DNA of 64,000 bases from Octopus sinensis (lineage: Eukaryota): assembly GCF_006345805.1 (NCBI RefSeq), contig NC_043002.1, forward strand, positions 12,834,001 through 12,898,000. The letters are read 5' to 3'. The stretch's first letter is position 1, and every line of letters begins with the position of its first letter. A program made the position numbers and the translations under genes. Shown here piece by piece: positions 57,990-64,000 of the stretch. The notes beneath the pieces were generated by a model. That model searched no databases, was not told the DNA's origin, and was given only the letters and a program-made list of their open reading frames with translations.

Positions 57990-59030
57990 GGGCGCTTGGA
58001 ACTCTTTACCATCCTACATAAAACAGGCAAAAACCAAACTAGAGTCCTGCGACTGAAAATGTTTGCCCAGGGATTTATTGACTGAGAGCAAAACCTGAAG
58101 TCTTCAAAATCGAAAGGGCACATCTAAGATAATGAATGGAATTCTGGTAGCAATAATTGCATCCGTCGTTTGGAGCAGTCAGTGAAACTATTGGTTTCGA
58201 GGACAGGTAGCATAAGTTACTTAATTATCAGTCTTGTGCCACAAGCGGATCTAAATTGCAGTTAGATGCAGGTGGCTTGTTTTATCGGACGTTAATGCGG
58301 TGGTGCTTTTGAAGTGTTCCAGGAATTTTAAAATTTTCACTTTTCTATAAACCCGAAGAGTCAGATAGTACAATTCTCTTTGTTGCATATCGGCACAACT
58401 ATACAATAACAACAGATTCACATTTCTGGTTCCTATGTCTCTCGTATTTAAGATATTTTCTTCTCCATCTTTAAACGAAACACTCTTCAAAATACTTCTT
58501 TCTCTCATCTTCAACATATAATTGTTGAGCCTCAGTCGAACACAACAACATACTATATTATTTCAAATGTTCCGATTTAGGTGCAGGCATGTCTGTGTAG
58601 AAAGAAGATTGCGTCCTACCCATATGATACTGTGTTGAGTCTCACTGCGCGGCACCTATTGAATATTGGAAACTCGTACAATGTTGCTCACTTCATTTCA
58701 AGATTGCATTTATATATTTATTTTTGCTGCTGCTGTTCATCAGGTGCTGCTTGAGTGATATCATACGGCATTCAAAGGCTGTCTTCACTGATCTCAGGCC
58801 TCTACTTCTTTTATTTCTCCTCAGGTGGAGCCTTTCAACATCACTGTTTCTGTGGAAGTTCCCAGTTGTCAGGATTTTGGGGGCTTTGATATCTATGGAG
58901 TGGATTTCCTCTACAGAATAATCAAGTATCTGAAATATTGGGATCAGCACTGGTACTGCAAATGCATTGTGGGATATTGTTTTATTGTAAGAGAAGAGTT
59001 ACCTGTGTCATGATGATTTGTGCTGGGTGT
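57990..59030 (-). mobile_element. Old degenerate non-LTR retrotransposon fragment (R4-like)
   Basis: ORF 58693..58950 FHRNSDVERLHLRRNKRSRGLRSV resembles the post-RT thumb region of the R4/Dong copies in this window. Confidence 0.6.
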
Positions 59031-59229
59031 CAAAATACCGACATCACGATTGTTGCTTAATGCTCTGCGAACTCTTTAAAGGCTGTATGACGTGGTATGG
59101 ATATCACGATAACCAAGTTCCCCCAAATTTGTGATGGTCTTTGAGTGTCACTTATGAAGATGACGTGATGCTGTCCACCAACTCTGAACGGGACCTTAGA
59201 CTCAATCCAGACGGCTATGTGAGACTACT

Positions 59230-59700
59230 GGAAACTGTGGTCAATCCCTGACTGACGAAGGTTACTACTGGAAGGCCTTATATGTGTCAGAAGGATTCTG
59301 CTCCTCGCCATATCACCGGAAAGAGTCAGAAATTATTGTTGGAGAATTTTAAGGACTTCACTAGCCCCAATTTATGGCCTCCTAATTCCTCTGATTTTAA
59401 TCTCATGGGTTACTGTGAGTAGGGAGAGGTTGAGAAAGCTGCCAACCCTTCTGCCTCAAACAGGAAGGAGGTGCTCGAAAACCTTCCCAAGGACACGGTG
59501 AGGAACGCATACACCATGTTCCAGAACCGTCTTGAGGACATACTGGAAGCTGGGTACGACTATTTTGAATAAATTATTAAGTCCCAACAAATATCTATTT
59601 GATATTTTTTGATTTTTAAAAAAATACTTTTAATTATGGATAAAATATTGTTTTCGTTTCCTTTTATGGAAACTGTCAACTTTATCCCGAATACTCTGTA
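59230..59700 (+). mobile_element. Tc1/mariner superfamily (DD37D/maT-like) transposase remnant
   Basis: GRPYMCQKDSAPRH..KSQKLL.ENF.DFTSPNLWPPNSSDFNLMGY. Confidence 0.72.
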
Positions 59701-59939
59701 CACAATTACACGTTCGTCCGCACCCGCAGACCCACACATACACACACAACACTTATTTAGAGGAAAAAAAGCGAAATTTTAATGTCATACAAGGTAAAAG
59801 CATGAAGCGCTTAGAGGCAATTGCTGTTGACCCTCAATGAGAAGGGGAGATAATCTGAAGCAGTCAACTTTTCTCCGGAGCAATATTCCACAAGAAACAA
59901 GAGAAAAACTGTGAACACAGAAGACAAAACGCAGAACGT

Positions 59940-60059
59940 TGCTATAAAATACTTTTATTGCTTTGAAAATACGGAATTTTAATCACCGGTTCTTTGAAAA
60001 CTTTTAGTTTAAAACAAAAAATCGCCAGGGGTGATCATTTCTGAATCTTTAAACCATTT
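59940..60059 (-). other. Gene D exon 3: T|AA stop completion + 3' UTR, AATAAA at 59954..59959
   Basis: Acceptor TTTACATTTCAG|AA; sequence homologous to 18390..18508. Confidence 0.8.
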
Positions 60060-60806
60060 CTGAAATGTAAATAGATTAAAATTTGTTATTCATAAGATTT
60101 AAACGTTGTCACATTTAACATTCAGTCTTAAAAAATCTAATTGTATATGTAAAATCTAAGAACCAAAAAAAGGAAAAAAAAAATAGTGTCAAATTTTGGC
60201 ATAAAGCCAGCAGTTTTGGGAAAGGGGATAAATCGATTATAACGACCCCAGTGTTTAAATGGTTCTTATTTTATCGGCTCTGAAACGATGAAGCGCAAAT
60301 TATACCTCCGTGAAACTTGATCTTAGGAGGTGAAAACAGGCGACATGCCGCTAAGCAGTTTGCCCGACGCGGTAACGATTCTGCCAGCTTGCTGTCTTAA
60401 AGTAACCAACTTATATTATTATCATGAAACCTAGGTATAATACAAAACTCATAAAATAATGTAAATTCATGGGCAGTAACTACATCCTTGAGTACAAAAT
60501 ATACAGGGTTGGCCAAAAGTTAACCGACAGTAAATCAAAATAAATATTATTCTTTTACTCTCTTTTACTTGTTTCAGTCAATTTGACAGCGGCCATGCTG
60601 GAGTACCGCCTTTAGTCGAGCAAAATCGACCCCAGCACTTATTCTTTTTAAACCTAGTACTTATTCTATCGGTCTCTTTTGCCGAACTGCTACGTTACGG
60701 GGACGTAAGCACACCACCATCGGTTGTCAAGCGATGCAGGGGACACACACACACAAACATATACACACACATACATACATATATATATATATATATACAC
60801 ATATAT

Positions 60807-60894
<88 letters not shown>

Positions 60895-61597
60895 TGACGG
60901 GCTTTTTCAGTTTCCGCCTCCCAAATCCACTCACAAGGCCTCGGTCGGCCCGAGGCCAAAGTAGAAGAAACTTGCCCAAAGTGCCACGCAGTGGGACTGA
61001 ACCCGGAACCATGTGGTTCGTATGTAAGCTACTTAACACACAGCCACCTCTGCGCCTCTGTAATTCTGTATTGACTCGAACTGAAAAATGTGTCGCTCAT
61101 GAAAGGCTTCAGTTTAATCTGTTCCTATGACGTTTCATATTTAGATGCTTTTATAAAAACCATTCAGTTGTTAAACATAAATCTTGGAATTGAATGGTTT
61201 TGATTTACTGTCAGGTGACTTTTGGCCAACCTTGTATATTAAAACAATTTAATGGAGCCTTAAGAAATATTGAGAACAGCGTTGGAATGTAAAAATTAAC
61301 TTTGAAAGAATCAGTAGTTTCTATATCAGACGGCAATGTTTGTAGGACATTCATTGTTGATTCCGATAATAATTTTGAGTAAAAAATAATTGTCTGAAAA
61401 TTCTATTTTGCTCTCCCTCGTAGATACAAAGGTTTGGAATTAAAATGAATGGAATCACAGAGTTGTCAAATTTCTGTTTTAATAATCAGAAACGTTGCAG
61501 AAATTCCAGAAATCATGAAATTTCTATACTACGAAATTACAGAAATAATACTGCTAGAAAAATATATGGTAAAATGAAAGGAAAAGCAAAAACTTAC

Positions 61598-61777
61598 ATT
61601 CATTTTTGCATCTTGATTGGATTTTTTCGTTACACTTTTGTTCATCAGCGTCAAAGTAAAGCCCGGATTGGCAAGCCATGGATGGGTATGAAGTTCGGTT
61701 GAAACAGGGAATATACCTATGGCAGCTTTGAGGGTCAACGTTAACCCCAAATGGGTGTTGAGTACAGAGAGGATCAT
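61598..61777 (-). CDS. Gene D exon 2: CBM14 domain (exon 1 presumably right of the window)
   Basis: CTCCTCAG|AT...T|GTAAGT, 180 nt; (D)DPLCTQHPFGVNVDPQSCHRYIPCFNRTSYPSMACQSGLYFDADEQKCNEKIQSRCKNE (within ORF 61554..61826). Confidence 0.9.
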
Positions 61778-62333
61778 CTGAGGAGAAAGTATATTGATAA
61801 AATATTAATAAAAACTCTGAAAACATACTTTTTCTTTCCTTTTACGTATATATCGTTATAATATATTTTCACTATGTAATATAATACAGTTTCCAAGAAC
61901 ATATTTTCCCATACACTAAATTATATATGTGTTTGACTGTGTATGTGTGTATTGTGTGTGCGTATGAATGTGTGTGTGTGTGAGTGTGGGCGTGAGAGTG
62001 TAGATTTTAGTAAAGTGCACGGCCTACGGTTTAACGGGTTGGTCTGAGGATCAGTAGATGATGGATTCGATTAATGGAGCTGATGGTTATACGTTAGGCC
62101 AGTGTGCATAAAGAAGAATACAACCAGCAGAGTATTGGTGGATTACTACTCATGAATGTTTTACCGATTTTGTTTCCATCATTCAACCAAGACTTAAATT
62201 TTCTTTTTATCATCTATTTGTACTCTCGTTAAAATCTCATCTTTCATTATCCACTGTATTGATTCTGTCAGCCTCTTGCACATACAGATGTTTATAACCT
62301 GAGTTCTCTTCACCTTCCTTCATTGCTCCATCT

Positions 62334-63367
62334 CCTCGTATTTGTATACCTATTTCTTTACTACCCACAAGGGGCTAAACACAGAGAGAACAAACAAGGA
62401 CAGACAAACGGATTATGTCGATTATATCGACCCAGTGCGTAACTGGTACTTGTTTAATCGACCCCCAAAAGGATGAAAGGCAAAGTCGACCTCGGCTGAA
62501 TTTGAACTCAGAACGTAGCGGCAGACGAAATACCTATTTCTTTACTACCCACAAGGGGCTAAACACAGAGAGGACAAACAAGGACAGACAAACGGATTAT
62601 GTCGATTATATCGACCCAGTGCGTAACTGGTACTTGTTTAATCGACCCCCAAAAGGATGAAAGGCAAAGTCGACCTCGGCTGAATTTGAACTCAGAACGT
62701 AGCGGCAGACGAAATACCTATTTCTTTACTACCCACAAGGGGCTAAACACAGAGAGGACAAACAAGGACAGACAAACGGATTATGTCGATTATATCTACC
62801 CCAGTGCGTAACTGGTACTTGTTTAATCGACCCCGAAAGAATGAAAGGCAACGTCGACCTCGGCTGAATTTGAACTCAGAACGTAGCGGCAGACAAAATA
62901 CCTATTTCTTTACTACCCAGAAGGGGCTAAACTCAGAGAGGACAAACAAGGAAAGACAAACGGATTAAGTCAATTATATCGGCCCAAGTGCGTAACTGGT
63001 ACTTTTTTAATCGACCCCGAAAGGATGAAAGGCAAAGTCGACCTCGGCTGAATTTGAACTCAGAACGTAGCGGTAGACGAAATACTACTAAGCATTTCGC
63101 CCGGCCTGCTAACGTTTCTTATTTCTTTATTGCCCACAAGGAGCTAAACATAGAGAGGACAAACAAGGACAGACAAACGGATTATGTCGATTATATCGAC
63201 GCCAGTGCGTAACTGGTACTTGTTTAATCGACCCCGAAAGGATGAAAGGCAAAGTCGACCTCGGCTGAATTTGAACTCAGAACGTAGCGGCAGACGAAAT
63301 ACCGCTAAGCATTTCGCTCGGCGTGCTAACGTTTCTGCCAAGTCACCACCCTCGTATTTGTATACCT
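62334..63367 (-). mobile_element. Tandem SINE multimer (184-bp units) flanked by an 18-bp direct repeat
   Basis: Unit starts tacctatttc at 62347, 62531, 62715 and 62899; further copy 63119..63349; CCTCGTATTTGTATACCT at 62334..62351 and 63350..63367. Confidence 0.88.
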
Positions 63368-64000
63368 TCACATCGGACCACTTTTCCTCACCTCAAAATT
63401 AATACTGCGTTATTTTGTAGTTCAAACTCCATTCGGATATCTTTAAAAAATATTCAAATACTAATTACTAGACAGTCCAGAAATTCCTCAATTTTGATGA
63501 ACCACTCCAAAACATTCATATAGAGTAGACGGGCCAGCTTTTCTATGCTTCACAACTGATCGCTGATTCTTTACCTTTGGTAATATACAAGTAAATGAGA
63601 GCTATTGTGGATAAAATCAGCGGCACACTGTTTCCCTCAAATATTCCACGTTTTATACTCTTTACTCTTTTACTTGTTTCAGTCATTTGACTGTGGCCAC
63701 GCTGGAGCACCGCCTTTAGTCGAGCAAATCGACCCCAGGACTTATTCCTTGCAAGCCTAGTACTTATTCTATCGGTCACTTTTGCCGGACCACTAAATTA
63801 TGGGGACGTAAACACAACACCATCAAGTGATGTTTGGAGGGACAAACAGAGACACACAAACATACACACACACGCACACACACACACATACACACACGCA
63901 CACACACACAAATATATATATACATATATACGACGGGCTTTTTTCAGTTTCCGTCTACCAAATCCACTCACAAGGCTTTGGTCGGCCCGAGGCTATAGTA

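Noticed and set aside
62347-63350. Regular repeats resembling a CRISPR array
   Set aside because: Units are 184-bp SINE bodies without unique spacers; eukaryotic context and no cas genes.

Overview
AT-rich, microsatellite- and repeat-dense animal genomic DNA, most likely a coleoid cephalopod such as Octopus (inferred from the SINE families; not verified). The only host genes supported are a minus-strand tandem cluster of at least four paralogues (A-D, about 19-22 kb apart) encoding ~152-aa secreted proteins with two chitin-binding type-2 (CBM14/peritrophin-A) domains. Each has a signal peptide + domain 1 exon, a 180-nt domain 2 exon and a third exon that only completes a split stop codon (T|AA). 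A and B lie in a recent ~10-kb duplication. The rest is mobile DNA: CR1-group, R4/Dong-like, RTE and Penelope-like retroelements, mariner/Tc1/pogo and Helitron remnants, and several tRNA-derived SINE families. Many small, mostly (TA)n-embedded elements from several unrelated sequence families carry minimal type I hammerhead ribozyme motifs, often as inverted pairs, and one family has a tRNA-like head. One 100-N assembly gap. Exon and motif coordinates were counted by hand; repeat boundaries are approximate.
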